A DNA stretch of 64,000 nt from Zootoca vivipara. Lineage: Eukaryota. A program made the translations under genes and the position numbers. Of this stretch, positions 34,445-48,907 are shown piece after piece. Under the pieces are notes generated by a model that was given only the letters and a program-made list of their open reading frames with translations, ran no database searches and was not told where the DNA came from. The stretch is from positions 17,112,001 through 17,176,000 of the forward strand of contig NC_083294.1 of assembly GCF_963506605.1 (NCBI RefSeq), read 5' to 3'. Within the stretch, counting starts at the first letter, position 1; the number at the start of each line of letters is the position of its first letter.

Positions 34445-35721
34445 CAAAATAAAAACTTAGTTGGTCTTTAAGGTGCTACTGAAGGAATTTTTTTGTCTAC
34501 TGATGTGTATCAGATAACACATAAGGACAGGAAAACTTCCCACAGATTTGACCCTTCTTGAACTTGCTCCAGTGAGTCATTCAAAGTGGTTAGCAACAGC
34601 AAACAGTCTTGGTCACTGTGAGGGACAGGGACTACAGACAACCCCCTCCCATCTTGAGAACCAGTTCTTCCCCGAGTACCAGCGGGAGCGGAGAGGGGGA
34701 AGAGTCCAGCGGGGAAGCAGGAAGTAGAGGGCATGGCTCTGGCAGGGTCGCAGAGCCCCTGCTCCGCTTGGGAGAGGAAGGAAGGGAGAGGGAAAGGGGT
34801 AGGAAGGAAAACACGGCAAGAAAACCTTTCCCTCCAGTTCCGGAATTGCGCAAAAAGAAACGGGGGAGGAGATTTGCGATTCCCAGACTTCTTTGTTGGA
34901 AAAGAACGCGGGAATCGCCATTCCAGGGTTCTGACCCAGACTGAGAATATGTATCTTATACAGCTCCAGCACTGTAAATAGTTTGCACACAATAAAAGCA
35001 TGAAAAGGCAACGTTCTGGAGAGTTGTTACTCTAGAGTAGCCGCAACGCGCCTCCTGTGACAGTCACATATGGATTTATGGTGTTTATGTGCCATGTGTG
35101 GCATGGCTCTGATTGTCGAAGCTCCCCAACCCCCAGGCAAAAGGGGGGGAAAGAAAAAAATGTGTTGATGTTGTAAGAAGTGACAAGACTGGTAAGATTG
35201 GGGAATTCCCCAAACTAGCAAATTCTAGTTTCTAGGAGTAAAGCATGCTAAAACAGCATTTTGCAAAAGATCTCTGCACCCTGTCCAGAGGCCATGAGGT
35301 TTGTGGCTCTCTTGGAGCTTGTGAAGACCCAGATTCAAACCCTGGCATTGCCAGCAAGTTGCTCGGAAGCTGCAGCTGGGTGGTAGATCAGTGCCCCCAG
35401 GGTCAATCCCTTGGAGCATATGCAGGTGAGGCTGGGAATGTGCCCTGTCTGAATTGCTAGGGAGCTGCTTCCAGCCCTTCTGGACAACACTAAGCTAGAA
35501 TGAACCCAAGGGTGTGACTCTGCATAAGGAGACCAGGATTCAAATCCCCTACTCAGCCATGAAGGTCACTGGCTGACCTTGGGGCAGTCGCTTGCTTCTT
35601 AGCCTATCCTACCTTGTAGGGTGATTGTTGGGATAAAATACACTCACTACCTTGAGTTTCTTGAAGGAGGGGTAGGGCATATAAACCTACGGACAAGGCC
35701 AAAGGGATAGAGAGAGCACTA

Positions 35722-35727
35722 TTTATT
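35722..35727 (-). terminator. Candidate DIPK1B polyadenylation signal
   Basis: AATAAA on the minus strand about 230 nt after the stop. Confidence 0.5.
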
Positions 35728-35956
35728 TACATCAGAAGCTGTTCATCCAAAACAATTTCCCTTGCTTCACTGACAGTCTGTCCATCCGAAAGGGAGGAGG
35801 ACCCATTGGTTATTCCACTTGTCCTTTCCCCCCTGGTGCTAAATCTTCCTGCTTGCATACTTTGGGGGGCAGGGGGCGAGAGCAGAGTGCTCCCTAGCCC
35901 TCTTCCTATTCTGTGATCCTCTGTGTGCAACATCAGTGGTTTTCAGCGTCCCACAC

Positions 35957-36790
<834 letters not shown>

Positions 36791-36895
36791 TCATTTCATT
36801 TTACTTCATTCCATTTTCTCTCTCCTTTTTCCCTGTTTGCTTCTAGCCTTTATTACCATTATTAACAACCCCAAAAGTGCAGTAGCAGGGTATTA

Positions 36896-37357
<462 letters not shown>

Positions 37358-37805
37358 TCACAGAATGTAGCATTGGAAGGGAAGACACACACCCTCTCCA
37401 AAGGGTCACTTAGTCCAACTCCCTGCATCGCAGGATTCACAGCTATGTTGACCAGCTGAAGTATGTGCCTGTTAATATGAGAATAGAGATTCCTAAAAGG
37501 GCGGCCTGAATGATCGGGTGGATGCAACTCAATGTGCAAAGTGATGCATGCTGGGGCAAAAAAAATCTTAATTCAACATACATGGGGGTCTGAATTGGAA
37601 GTGGCGGACCATGAGCAAGAACTTGGTGCCAGGTGTTGGGCCAGTTTGGTGGTCATGAAAAACACAAACCATGCCTAGGGATCATCATGGAAGGAATTGG
37701 AAATAAACTGCCAGTGTCATTAAGCTGTTATACAGATCTAAGTTGTAACTGTGCTTGGAATATTGTGTGCCATTCTGGCTGCCTCGCCTCAAAAAGGATA
37801 TTGTA

Positions 37806-38208
37806 TATTATTATTTTTAGAAATCATTTTTATTGGCTTTACAAATACAAAATACAAATAAACAGAGAATAAAAAGTATATCTATATAAAGAGATTCTCT
37901 GAATCTCAAGACTTTGCCCTATCCCCTCCATGGGGTCTCATTTTAAATATCTACTACTGCATACTCATCAATACTCCATTTTTTATATCAAATCATATTA
38001 TCCATCGTAATTTTTACACTACAAGTGAAATCAAAATCCTGCCTTTGTTTCCATATGCTTACAGTGGGTCTCCTAAATAACTTACAAATTTTTCCCATTT
38101 TTTTAAATAAAGTTTTTGTCCCCTTGGCTCCTGAGTTTTCCAATCAGTTTTACCATCTCAGCATAGTCCATCAGCTTGGTTTGCCATTCTTCTCTGGTAG
38201 GGACTTTG
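37806..38208 (-). mobile_element. L1-type 3' fragment inserted in a CR1 remnant (about 37480-38560)
   Basis: KVPTREEWQTKLMDYAEMVKL...WEKFVSYL; 16-bp TSD CAAAAAGGATATTGTA (37790-37805, 38209-38224). Confidence 0.8.
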
Positions 38209-38704
38209 CAAAAAGGATATTGTAGAGAAGGAAAAGGTTTAGAAAATGGCAATCAAAATGATCAAGTAGATGATGGAGCGGTGCCCCTCTGAGTAAAGGA
38301 CTTTTCCATTTTGAGAAAAAGATAGGCAATAAAATAAAAAATTTACAAAAATTATACATAGCATAGAAAGAGGAATGGGTTTTCTCCTTCCTTCGTGGAC
38401 TCATGGACATTCAGTGACGCTGAATGTTGGGAGGATCGAGGACAGACAAAAAGCCCTTCATGCAACACACAATTAAGCTTTGGAACTTGTTCCCACAGGA
38501 GGCACTTGCAGCCAGCAACATGTATGGTTTTAAAAAGAGGATTGGACGAATTCACCAATTTAAATGACCACCTTCCCACCAGCATATGGCAAGACTCGAG
38601 CAGCGTGCCCAGCACTGTGATGTCCCCACCTCATCCCTGCACCCTGCCAACAACTTGTGCACACTTCAAAGCGTTCCATAGCTCCAGCCAACGATGGAAG
38701 GTCA

Positions 38705-38860
<156 letters not shown>

Positions 38861-39705
38861 TTAGCAATCATATCCCACCTTTCCTCAAAGGAGTGTGAGG
38901 TGGTGTATGTGGCTCTGCTTCCCCTGTTTAGCCTCCCAACAACCCTGGGGTAGGCCTGAGAGACAGTGGCTGGTCCAAAGTCAACCAGTAAGCTTCATGT
39001 CCTGGGGCTGGTGTCCCCTCAAATGCCACAGTTCTATGATTATACAGCTCAGTTTATTCAGCAAAGCAATGGGTTCCCATGTTACTTCCTTCCCTCCAGA
39101 ACCAGGCAGAAAAGAGGATGCCACATTTTTTAGAGGATGGAGAATCTCACATTTCCCCACTGTGGCCAAAAGCCCCTCCTGCTCCTTCCCCAGCAGTCGG
39201 GGACCATTCCTCATTGAACCATCATTAAATCAGAGCTCAGAAAACTCTTCATTAGAAGGCGCCACTCTGGGCAAGTGGCAGATGGCAAACAGCAGCCATC
39301 TGGCCATCGAAGTTCCTCTGGAGGCTCCTTATCCAGCAACCAAAAGTTCCAGGCTTCTCTTCTGCTCATTCGGCTTCAGATCCGTTATAGGTCCAAGTCC
39401 ATGCAGCACCCCCAGCTGACAGGGAACTTTTTTCAATGGAAATGCTACCACAATAGACCTTAAGAGAAGCCTGGTTACAGCTCCATCAGGCCGATGGCAC
39501 ATCTACCCCACCATCCTGCTCTCACAGGGGCTGACCAGTTGTCCCGAAAGGAAGCCCAGAAGTAGGACCTGAATGCCTAGGACCTGCAATTCCTAGCAAC
39601 TGATATTCATGCAATCCTAGAGTTGGAAGGAACCCCCAAGGGTCACCTAGCCTCCAGCAAAGGAGACCCCACTGCCTTCCGATGTAATATTAATCACAGT
39701 AATCA

Positions 39706-39978
<273 letters not shown>

Positions 39979-41908
39979 TCAACAGCAAGGTGAAGGTCCC
40001 AGCCCACGTACAGTGTCCCGAGCCCAGAAAAAAACCCTGCTGGCACCACAACAGCTCGAGAGTAAACCAAGAGTTTCGTTTTTGCTTTTTCCTCTTTCAA
40101 AGTCTGCCTGGATCAGCACCTGCGCGTACCAGTCAGCATGGCATATTGGTGAGTGTCAGGCTGCTAGTACCTGGCAGAGACCAGGGTTCAAATGAGAAAG
40201 AGGCTCCCTGCCTGAAATGATGGAGAGCTTCTGCCAGTCAGTGTAGACAGTACTGAGTTAGATAGAACAATGAGCCCAGCTTGATAAGAGGGCAGCATCT
40301 TATTTAAATTGGCTTATTATTTAGAACATGAGGACTATAGCCTTATTTCTTAAGTAAAAGGGTCAGTGGTAGAGCACCGGCTTTGCCTGCAGAAGGTCCC
40401 ATGTTCAATTTCCAATGGCATCTCTAGGCCATGCTTGGGAAAACTCCTTGAAACCCTGGCGATCCACTGCTGCCAGTCAGTATAGTTGATACCGAACTAG
40501 ATAGACCAATGGTCTGAGTCGGTTTAAGGCAGCAGCCTTATTCAATTCACCTTTCTTCAGAACTTTGAGGACTAGAATTTTGCCATGATTGAGGGGGGAA
40601 GGGCCATAGCTTCCTATGTTCTTGTGTTAGAGGACTGTAGCATAGTTAGTCCTTGTGGTTCTAAACAAAATGTTGAATTAAACAAAGGTCTGAGAGACTA
40701 GAGGTTTGAGTTTCCAGACAGATTTGGGACACAATGGCTGTTTTTCTTATAAACTCTCCAACTTCAGCAATAATAGCAACAACTCTTAACGTCTCCAACC
40801 CTAGGAAAGGTAACCACATTTACGTTTTGAAATCAGAAAAGCTTGCACACTATGTTTCTGGTTAGCCTAATACAGATTTTGGATTTATTTTTACAGCTTA
40901 CCTTTATTTTACTCTGTGACTCTTAGGTGGGAACTTGACTGTGCTGGTTTCTTCATGCGAGTTTTGGGACTGGTGGTGACTGGAGGTTGTCAAGCTACCT
41001 TGACCTTCACCAACCTGGAGCCATCCTGATGTTTTGGACTACAACCCCCATCAGCACCAGCCAGCAACACACAAACATCTGGCAGGCAAAGGTTGAGCTT
41101 AGATGTATAAGTTCTGATGAAAGAGCTGTCTGGTTCCTCCCCCAGTGGAGAGTCAGCACTCTGGATTTTGGACTTTGCAGTTATGTAATTCACATTTTGC
41201 CTCTTTGGGGGCTTACTGGATGGAAGCTCATGCCACTCTCACTGATAAAGGCCATCTCAGTCTTGCAAAGCAAAGATGAATTATAATCTTTTCAGCAGCA
41301 GGTTGGGAGTCCTCTATTCCCAGACATTTGGTGGGATAGTTTTTTTAAAAAAAATTGCATTGTGTTGACAATTATTCATGATGTGTTTAACGAATAGGAG
41401 GGCTGCTTTGGTTTTAACATGATACAGATATTGGTGTCCGTATCATTTTAAAATTTTGTGTATTTTAATGACAGAGATTCCTTGATTACTTTCCTGAAAA
41501 AGGCATCAAAGAAATTAAACTGCCAAAATATTCTGCTGATGCAAACTAATAAGTGTGATTTGGCTCTGGGGCTGTGAACATTTCTTTCCTTACTCGAGAA
41601 AGGACACCCTTGCCGAACCTTTTCATGTGGGCAAGAAAGTACATTGCCATTTGGCTAATTGAAGAATGGAAAGGAATCCCACCACGTTTAGTGGGTGTTA
41701 CTCCCAAGTAAGTATAGTATAAGATATTGGCCTTTTCCTTAACAATAACCTGTACCTCTTCAGATGCAGTTCCTAAAGCATCTCAGGAAGGCAGCCACTA
41801 TTGAGGTTTTCACAACAGGCGAAATATATTGAAGCTTAATTCGTCTGCCTTGTCACTGTTTCATCAGCTTAAAAAAAATCCAACACGCTTGATTGACATG
41901 GCCCAGAT

Positions 41909-42157
41909 CAGGGGTCAGCAAACCTTTTCAGCAGGGGGCCAGTCCACTGTCCCTCAGACCTTGTGGGGGGCCGGACTATATTTTGGAAAAAAATATGAAC
42001 AAATTCCTATGCCCCACAAATAACCCAGAGATGCATTTTAAATAAAAGGACACATTCTACTCATGTAAAAACATGCTGATTCCTAGACCGTCTGCGGGCT
42101 GGATTTAGAAGGCGATTGGGCCGCATCCAGCCCCCGGGCCTTAGTTTGGGGACCCTG
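41909..42157. mobile_element. hAT (Charlie-like) MITE
   Basis: CAGGGGTCAGCAAAC...GTTTGGGGACCCTG ends; 8-bp TSD GCCCAGAT. Confidence 0.85.
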
Positions 42158-43362
42158 GCCCAGATTATATCGATTTAGTGAGGGGGGTTGGGGGAGAAGT
42201 GGCAAAACAGGAAAAAAATGTCCCTTACAATACAACCCTATATTTGTTTAGTCAGGTGTAAATCCCCTTGTATTCAATGGAGCAAATCGTCCAATGACAG
42301 TGCAGCCCAGGTAAAGGATACATTAAAAGCATGCTGGATCAGATCAGCCAAAATCCCATCTAGTCCAGCCTGCTGTTCTCACAGTGGCCAACCAGATGCC
42401 TCTTCCGGGAAACCTGCAAGCAGGATTTGACCATAAGAGCACCTCTTCCCCTCCTGTGGATTCCAGCAACCAATATTCGGAAGAATCATTACTAGCCCTA
42501 ATAATAATAGCCATTGATAGCCCTTTCCTCCATTAATTTGTCTAATTCTCTTTTAAAGCAATTTAAGTTGGTCACCTTCCTTTCTGTGGGAGTGAGTTCC
42601 ACAAGCTAAATGCACTGGGTGAAGAAGGATTTTCTTTTCCCTATCCTGAACTTCCAACATCCAGCTTTGTTGGATGCCCACAAGTTTTAGTGTTGTGAGA
42701 GAGGGAGGAATTATGCTATGCATAATTTTATAAACTTCTATCATGTTGCATCTTAAAATAAAAAGTCCCAACCTTTCCTCTAGGAGTTGCTCCATGTCCA
42801 CTTTCAGTTGCCCTTTTCTGAACCTTTTCCAACTCCTAGGCCAGAACTGTACACATGATTCCAAATCTGGTCCGTCCCCACCATAGGTCCATTGGCCTTC
42901 GCACTTGGGAAAGAGATGCCGCCTATTCTAACACATGCACAGACCCGCTGGGAGCAGAGCAGCCTAGCCACAGCCATGCACTATTTCTTACCATCATCTG
43001 CAAAGGATGTTGGGAACACTGGAAGCTGCCTTCTGCAGGGCCAGACCCTTGGTCCATCTGCTTCAGTATTGTCCACACTGACTGGCATTCACACTTCCCC
43101 ACACTTCAGGCAGGGCATCTTTCCCCAGCCCAACCTGGAGATGCCATTAGGAATCGAACCTGGGACCTTCTGCATGCCCAGCAGCTGTTCTGCCATTGAG
43201 TAGAAATCCTCTGAAAATATTTTCAACACTGACTGGCAGCACCTCTCCACCCATTCTGGCAGGGAGTGTTTTTCCTTTGGATATCTGAACACTACTGCCC
43301 CTCTCCTGAGAATGGCAGGATTCAAGAGAGGTCTCGCTGCCATTTCCAACCAGTTTTCATTC

Positions 43363-43364
<2 letters not shown>

Positions 43365-43406
<42 letters not shown>
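43365..43406. repeat. (CA)n microsatellite
   Basis: Uninterrupted CA run of 21 units. Confidence 0.95.
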
Positions 43407-43411
<5 letters not shown>

Positions 43412-43999
43412 GCTTGATTTGAAGGGCACTTTGTGTGCCCCTGCTGCAGCATTTGCCTGGCATTTGGGCACCAGAGATGTTGCAGTGCAGAATGCACCCA
43501 AACTCTTGGCCTTTTGCAGTTGCCAGCTGGCCTGGCTGATTTGCATGGCTGCCTCCAAATGGGCCAGATAATATTCTCCAGCACTCAGAGGCATCCCACA
43601 CTGTCTCTGGCCTTTCCTCAATATCTCCCCCCCACCCACACACACACAACCAGTCCCCAAGGTTCATTAAAAATAATAAATACACGTGCTTCCACAGTGA
43701 ACACACTTCTTGCAGGGGCTTCTGCTTGTAGAAGCTAAAACCCAAAAACCAGAAAAGGAGGGGAGTGTACTAGAATAGGAGATGAACTGGTGCAGGAGTT
43801 CTCCTCCACCTGCTTGTGGGGCCAACCAGAGGGGGTCCTCCTTCGCCCCCAGAAGGTTCCTCCTGCTTTTTTACCTGCTGCATCAGGTAACGCCTAAGTA
43901 AGTACCCCTTTGGCGCTTAAGCGGTAAACGGTCCAGACAGTGGTGGGGAAGAAGCTGCCTTTGACATTGACAAGCTTGTCAATTGCAAGAGGCAAAGGC

Positions 44000-44620
44000 G
44001 CGCGGCGCCTCAGTATACAATCTCCAGCAAGAAGGGCGGCATTTTTATCGTTATTTTTTGCTCCGAAGCCTCATTCCATCTTGAGAGATCAATTCCCCGC
44101 CCCCGCCCCCACGCAGTACCCGAAAACGGCACTGAGCTTCAGCTCGGAGGCCAGAGAGACACCCCTTCCCCTTCCATCGTTTCTCTCTACATCCGCGCCC
44201 GCCTTCGCTCTCACCTGCAGCCCCATGGAGAGGGGGCAAAAAAGTACCAGCTGCACAACCCTTCTCATGCTGGGCTCTGGCAGTGCAGGGGGGTGTCTCT
44301 TTTGTTCTAAGCCCCCCCTGGACAGAAGGGGGGGAGGCGCTGCGTTCACGCCAGACTGGAGAGGGCAGGGACTGCAGGGCTCGGTGGGTCCAAGGCAGTG
44401 GGTCTTCCAGGCTGGCCGAGATGGGGGGCCCTGCTGCCTCCCCGTTTCTGCCGCATCTTCCTCCTTCCTCCTCCTCCTCTGGATGATGCTGCGGAGACGC
44501 TCTTTAAAGGGGAGGCCTGCCCAGGCACATTTCTGCCCGCCGATGGAAAAAGAGACCCGAGGGGAAGCTTCCCCCCTCCCCTTCTCCTTCCTTCCACAAT
44601 TGGGTCTCCTGCTTCCGCTT
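44000..44620 (-). promoter_or_regulatory. GC/CpG-rich DIPK1B promoter and first-exon region
   Basis: Elevated GC and CpG around exon 1. Confidence 0.6.
44215..44268 (-). CDS. DIPK1B: DIPK1B exon 1
   Basis: MRRVVQLVLFCPLSMGLQ then gtgaga donor; compare human [21 protein letters not shown]. Confidence 0.9.
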
Positions 44621-45285
44621 ACAAGTCTTTCTGGCATCTTCAGGCAGAAGGCAGGTGGCTTTTTGAGGAAGAAGGGGAGCCCAGTCCCCCCCCCACCAAA
44701 AAAAAAAACCCTGGAGGAGAGAGAGGGGTCTCCCAATCCCAGGAAGGAAGGGCAGCTAGCTTGCCACATTTGGAAATGAATGAAGTGGCATTGGTACCTT
44801 CTGCATAACACACTTTGCATCCTTCAGCCTTAAAACTCGCTGAGAGGACCAACCACTGGGCAGCAATGATCTTATTACTCGCCCTTCACCTTAAGATCCG
44901 AGGGCACGTTACAACCATTTAAAATATAATTTTTAAAAAGGAAAAAATAAGAGCATTTCTGTATTAGGCCAGTGGCCCACCTAGATCAGCATCCTCTTCT
45001 CAGGGGCCAATCCAGTGAGAAACCTGCAGGCAGGACCCAAGCACAAGAGGAACATTCTCCCCTAATGTGGTTTCCAGAAGCATTGCTGCCTCCAGCTGGG
45101 GAGGTAGGCAAGAGCCATTGTGGTTAGTGGCTATGGACAGGCCTATTCAACTCCATGAAACAAGTCTAATCCTCTTTTGATGTCATCTTGCTTGGTGACT
45201 GTCACTGCCTCCTGTGGGAGTGAGTTCCAGTTTAACTATTTAACATTAAAAAACAGTTTTCCAAAACTTACAGTTACAGGAGGTA

Positions 45286-45640
45286 AGGTAAAAGGTAAAG
45301 GGACCCCTGACCATTAGGTCCAGTCATGACCGACTCTGGGGTTGCGCGCTCATCTCGCATTATTGGCCGAGGGAGCCAGCGTATAGCTTCCAGGTCATGT
45401 GGCCAGCATGACAAAGCCGCTTCTGGCAAACCAGAGCAGCACATGGAAACGCCATTTACCTTCCCGCTATAGCGGTTCCTATTTATCTACTTGCATTTTG
45501 ACGTGCTTTCGAACTGCTAGGTTGGCAGGAGCTGGGACCAAGCAACGGGAGCTCACCCCGTCACAGGGATACGAACCGCCGACCTTCTGATCAGCAAGCC
45601 CTAGGCTCAGTGGTTTAGCCCACAGCGCCACCTGGGTCCC
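45286..45640 (-). mobile_element. Sauria SINE, full length
   Basis: Same family as 6483-6845; 13-bp TSD GTTACAGGAGGTA. Confidence 0.9.
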
Positions 45641-47399
45641 GTTACAGGAGGTACAATAGCAAAAAAAAAAGCATTAAATAAAAATAACATCTAATAAAAA
45701 GTAACATACAATATCTTATATTTTAATTTCCAATCTTTCTGCATCAGAAATCTTCAAAGCTCAAAAGAGGGTGAGACCAATTGAAGGAGGAGGCTACTGA
45801 TAGCTACTAGCCCTGATGGTTAGGTTATGTGTGTGTGCAACAGGACCTCCACTGCAGGATGCTCTTAAGACAGGATGCTCAGTCTAACCCACTTGTGTAG
45901 AAAAGGAGGAAGCTGGCTTAAACTAAGTCAGGCTACTAGGTCCATCTAGCTCAAGACTGTATACACTGTTTAGCAGTTGCTCTTCAAAGTTTCTAGCAGG
46001 GTTTCTTTCCCAGCCTTGCCTGGAGATGCCAGCAGGGACTGAAACTTGTACCTTCTGTATGCAAGACAGGTGCTCTGTATCTGTATCTACAGCCCCTCCC
46101 CTAAAAATAAACTAAGGTTCTGGACCTCATGATTCTTAGTGAAGGGCTGATTTTTCCAGAACTTTTTGGCAGAGGGTCTTTCACCAGTACTGTGTGCAGA
46201 TGTCACTGAGGACTTAACCTGTGCCTTCTATGTGCAAAGGAGATGCTCTACCCCCCCCCTTCAGCTAAACATAAAATACAATTCTAGTCCTCATAGTTCA
46301 ATTGAACAGGAACGTGGGGATCTGCATTCTATCGAGTCAGACCATTGGTCCATCCAGCTCAGTACTGTATACACTGGCTTGCAGCAGTGGCTCTCTCCAG
46401 CGTTTGAGGCGGAGAGTTTGAGTCTTTCTCCCCCAGCCTCTGGAATAAGATGGATCCAGAACAGCATGGATTCTGAGCAGACTCAGTTGCCTCTGGAATA
46501 AGACCTCAGCAAATCCTCAGTCTGATGTTTTCTTTTCCTTTGCAATATTTTTGCCCTCTGAACCGTCTCAGCTCTGCACACCACAAACTGAAGGAGCTCC
46601 CAGGAAACAGTGCAAAGGTCACCCACTCTTCAAGAGAACAGCTGTGTTGGAGCGAATCTCCCACAGAGAGGTTGACACACCTGAAATAGCCAGTAGGTGG
46701 CATGTTGAACTCAAGAAAAATAAAGTCTCCACCTGCAGAGAGTTTGGAGGTTAAAAGGAAATAACGTATTTACCCAAGTCTAATGTGCCATCGGATCTAA
46801 TGTGCACCTTAATTTCCACAACGTAATTTGGCCAAAAAAGGTGAGCATTAGATAAAGCAGGCTGCCCCACTTCTAGAGCCCCCAGCAACTCAGCTCTTAG
46901 CCTAGAACACCTGTCATGCCATTGTTCCCTTCCTCAGCCTGCTGCAGTCGCCAGGGCCTTGAGTTCGGTTCTCCAGGGAACTGGGTGGCTGATGGTAGCT
47001 GAGTCAGGCTCCTTTTTTCCCTTAAAGCACGGGTTTCCACATTTTGCTGAGGCAAGACCTTTAAACCTTGTGATAGATTGGGAAGAGGCAGCTGATCCAG
47101 GTTTCTGTATTTTTGTTTCTGAGCTGGCTGGCCTTGGCAACATTAAGTGGAAGAATTTCTGCCCAAGATAGAGGGGAGGGCTTGTTCCAATTGCTTGGGG
47201 GCGGAAGATTTTTCTATTCCAGCTAAACTTAGTGTGATGCCTTTGTAAGAGGTCTGGTGCTGACCACAAGCAGTTCCTGGCTGAACCTGCAAAAATGTGC
47301 AATCCTACTTTCACTCTTGTTATAGATGGGGGTGTGGCTAAACCCAATAAACTAACAATTTTTCTCTTCACTGGCTGGCCTAGTGAAGAGCAAGTCTGT

Positions 47400-48907
47400 T
47401 GTTATAAAATCATATTGGGGGGGGGGGGTTGCAGGGCACCATTACTAATGAACAGAGAGGGGTGACCGAATCTGACAGCTGCAGTTACCCAGAATCCCTC
47501 GCAACACCACCTTCTTCGCCTCTGCTCCACTCCAGAGACCCGCACCCCTCCCGCTCGGATGTAACCCTGCCCTAAGGATCAGCATATGCAAACATCTCCC
47601 AAAGATGCCATAAACTTACACATTTCCCCTCTCCACCTCCCCTCCGCCCAGAACAAAACAATGTTTCCAGAAGAAGGAGGGGGGGAAAGCCACCCAAATC
47701 CAAAGCGACACTTTTCTACTCAAGTTAATAATACAGTAATACCTCGGGTTACGAACACGATCCGTAACACGATCGCAGTTCATAACCCGAATAGTTTGTA
47801 ACCCGAACGCGATGCGCGGCGCCATTTTGCGCATGCGCAAAGCGTGATTTTCGCAATTTTCACGCTTTGCGCATGCACAGACTGCACGCGCGCATGGCGA
47901 AAACACTTCCGGGTTTGCGCAGTTCGTAACCTGAACTGTTCGCAAACCGAGGTGTTCGTAACCCGAGGTACGACTGTACAGCCTATTATATGTTCTCTTA
48001 CCATGAACCCTGCCTTTATTATATGTCCTCTTATTATGAAATCCTTATGCGTAACCCTTAATGTACCCTCTATACGTTTCCCTCATTATGTGCCCTTTAA
48101 CGTTTCTAGGAAATCTATCCACTGCCTCTGTATTAGAATTGCTGTCTTATTCATGACGTATGCTAGGATCTCTCTGTATTAGAATTGCTGTTTTATGTCT
48201 CAGAACCTTTATATATCAGGACTACTACCTTTTGCATAGAATTCTCTGTATTAGATATGTCTCCTGTAAAAGGAAATGCTGCATAACCTGTGCATGACCC
48301 CAGCCCACCTGAACCTTGCCCCATCACCATCCTGATTCAAAAGACACACATGGACAAAGATGGATTAACTGGCACAGTTTATTCAAACCTCCAGAAGTGT
48401 CACCTTTTACATAATCCCAGGGATCATCCTTGCGTGACCTGGGGGAAAACACCTGCCGGCTGGACCCCAACCCCTCTGCAATCGCCAGGAACGGCCCCAC
48501 CTCAATTCCCATCTAGACTGATCAAACAAAGGGAAACCCATCAGCAACGGAGGAGAACAATTGACATTTCATCATATGAAGAAATAGCCGTATCAACACC
48601 CAGTTAATCCCATCAGCACCCATTTTCCTTGTCTTTCCTGTCCCTCCCAGTCCAGGGATTTCCATGTGGGGACAGAAAGGTATAAAAGGGAGATTCACCA
48701 TTTCCTTCCTACATTCTTGAGGCAGGGACCCTACAGCTGTAGTTCTTTCTTTTCTGTAATAAAAGGATCAGTTTGTTTTTCCTGATAGCATCGTGTGGTC
48801 TCTGTCATTTCCCGGCGGAGCTGAACTTAGTGCAAATTTTGGAGCTTCCAACCCGCGTCTGTCCTTCCTAAAAGGCAACGCATTTTGGGGTTCATTTTTT
48901 CATAACA
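47400..48907 (+). mobile_element. Solo LTR (ERV1- or gypsy-type) containing a MITE at 47734-47976
   Basis: TGTTATAAAA...TTTTCATAACA termini, 4-bp TSD CTGT, TATAAAA at 48681, AATAAA at 48758. Confidence 0.8.

Larger units (their letters stand above)
33844..34493. mobile_element. Penelope-like element (family A) with inverted pLTR, fold-back
   Basis: About 290-bp inverted repeat (33882-34167 versus 34193-34494); 13-bp TSD TGTCTACTGATGT (33831-33843, 34494-34506); right arm nearly identical to 26074-26400. Confidence 0.88.

Noticed and set aside
43940-44779. 279-aa plus-strand ORF
   Set aside because: GTG start, antisense to DIPK1B exon 1 in GC-rich DNA, no domain recognised.
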